Origin: Chiloscyllium plagiosum
Lineage: Eukaryota
Length of the DNA: 64,000 nt
Assembly (NCBI RefSeq): GCF_004010195.1
Contig: NC_057751.1
Span: forward strand, 3,006,379 to 3,070,378
Direction of reading: 5' to 3'
Under the pieces are notes generated by a model. That model ran no database searches. It worked only from the letters and a program-made list of their open reading frames with translations, and had not been told where the DNA came from. This document shows, piece after piece, positions 62,951 through 64,000 of the stretch; the first letter of the stretch is position 1; each line of letters starts with the position of its first letter. A program made the position numbers and the translations under genes.

Positions 62951-64000
62951 TCTTTGCTGTCTTAATGTGCAGAGAGATCTAGGGGGACTGGCTATGGACA
63001 GGAAGAGAAAAAAGTGTAGGAAGTGAGGAGATGGAATTGTGCTGTTTCCAGGGACATAGAGCTCACACGAGGCTGTAGGATAACACAAACATGGAGAGCC
63101 TGAATGAATCCTTCAACCCTTGAGCCTGTTCTGCTATTCAGGAAGATTAACCTCTCAGCTTTACTTCCCTACCTGCTGTGCTAAACCTTAACACACTCAT
63201 CACTGAAAAACATCTCTCACTCAGCTGAGCACACATGAACTTCTGAGGAAATAAAACTCTCCTTCCATCTGAAACCAGCAAGCCTAATGTTTAAAACGTG
63301 TTCCCCGGTTCGGGATTGTTGGAGAGTGAGTAATCACCATAACCCTAACCTTTTAGACAAGACATTAATGAGGACCACAAATGCCATCTCAGCTGCATGA
63401 GAGAGTTTCAGGGATGGGAGTTTTCAAAGAACAGCGACGATATGGCGAGGGGCCTGACTGAATGAGATTTATAACTGAGCCCATGTCACTAACAACAGAT
63501 CAGTGGGTCACTCTTGCATTGCTTTCTGTGGGATCTTGCTGTGTAAGGCTGGGCCCCGACATCCTGCATTCCAAGAGAGACAACATCTTGGAAACCTGAC
63601 TGCTTCGAATGTGCAGCGCTTCCGAGTGTCCTGAGATGGAGCAAGACGGATTGGAAATGTGAGTTTTTGCCTGATGAATTCCGTAATGCATTACACCATG
63701 TCTCTGAAATGTGTTTGTGTAGAGGCCCCAGTGCCAGGGGATGGGTGGGCCTCTTGCTGAGCCTGTTGGGCGCAGCCTTCTGGGGGATGAGGCAGGGTCT
63801 CTGGCTGAATCCTCAGGTCAGGCAGCAGTGCCCTCTGCATTTTCACAATGACTTAGAGAAGTTCTGATACTTGAGTAACACTGCTACTCCGGTGCCATCT
63901 CAGCATCAGTCCTTACCTGTCTCCACCTATTCGCACCTCACCACCATACCCCGCCTCCCAGCCCCTTTATCTGCAGCTGCCTATTACACCCACCCCCAGT

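Overview
Vertebrate genomic DNA, most likely a cartilaginous fish (inferred from shark-type V-SINEs and CR1 LINEs). The window holds one protein-coding gene, germ cell-less 1 (gmcl1, a BTB/BACK CUL3 adaptor), on the + strand. It starts in a CpG-island promoter at about 5.8-6.7 kb and has 13 visible GT-AG exons from ATG 6329 to TGA 57315. Exon phases require one more exon, which probably lies in the 500-N gap at 34764-35263. A likely poly(A) signal is at 58425. The rest is mostly decayed CR1 and CR1/L2-group LINEs, SINEs, two minisatellites, a MITE and many Penelope-like element (PLE) fragments. The most notable signal is a set of minimal type I hammerhead ribozyme motifs in at least three PLE terminal-repeat families. 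One has a fully intact core (48389-48428, minus strand). Three 83-143 bp insertions flanked by target-site duplications (TSDs) have junctions inside the ribozyme motif or at its predicted cleavage site, suggesting tiny ribozyme-processed non-autonomous elements. Also noted: a deca-arginine upstream ORF (uORF) before the gmcl1 start codon, and a stop-free 45-bp minisatellite abutting the exon 2 donor. No database searches were run. Family names and human GMCL1 comparisons come from recognised or recalled motifs, and repeat boundaries are approximate.
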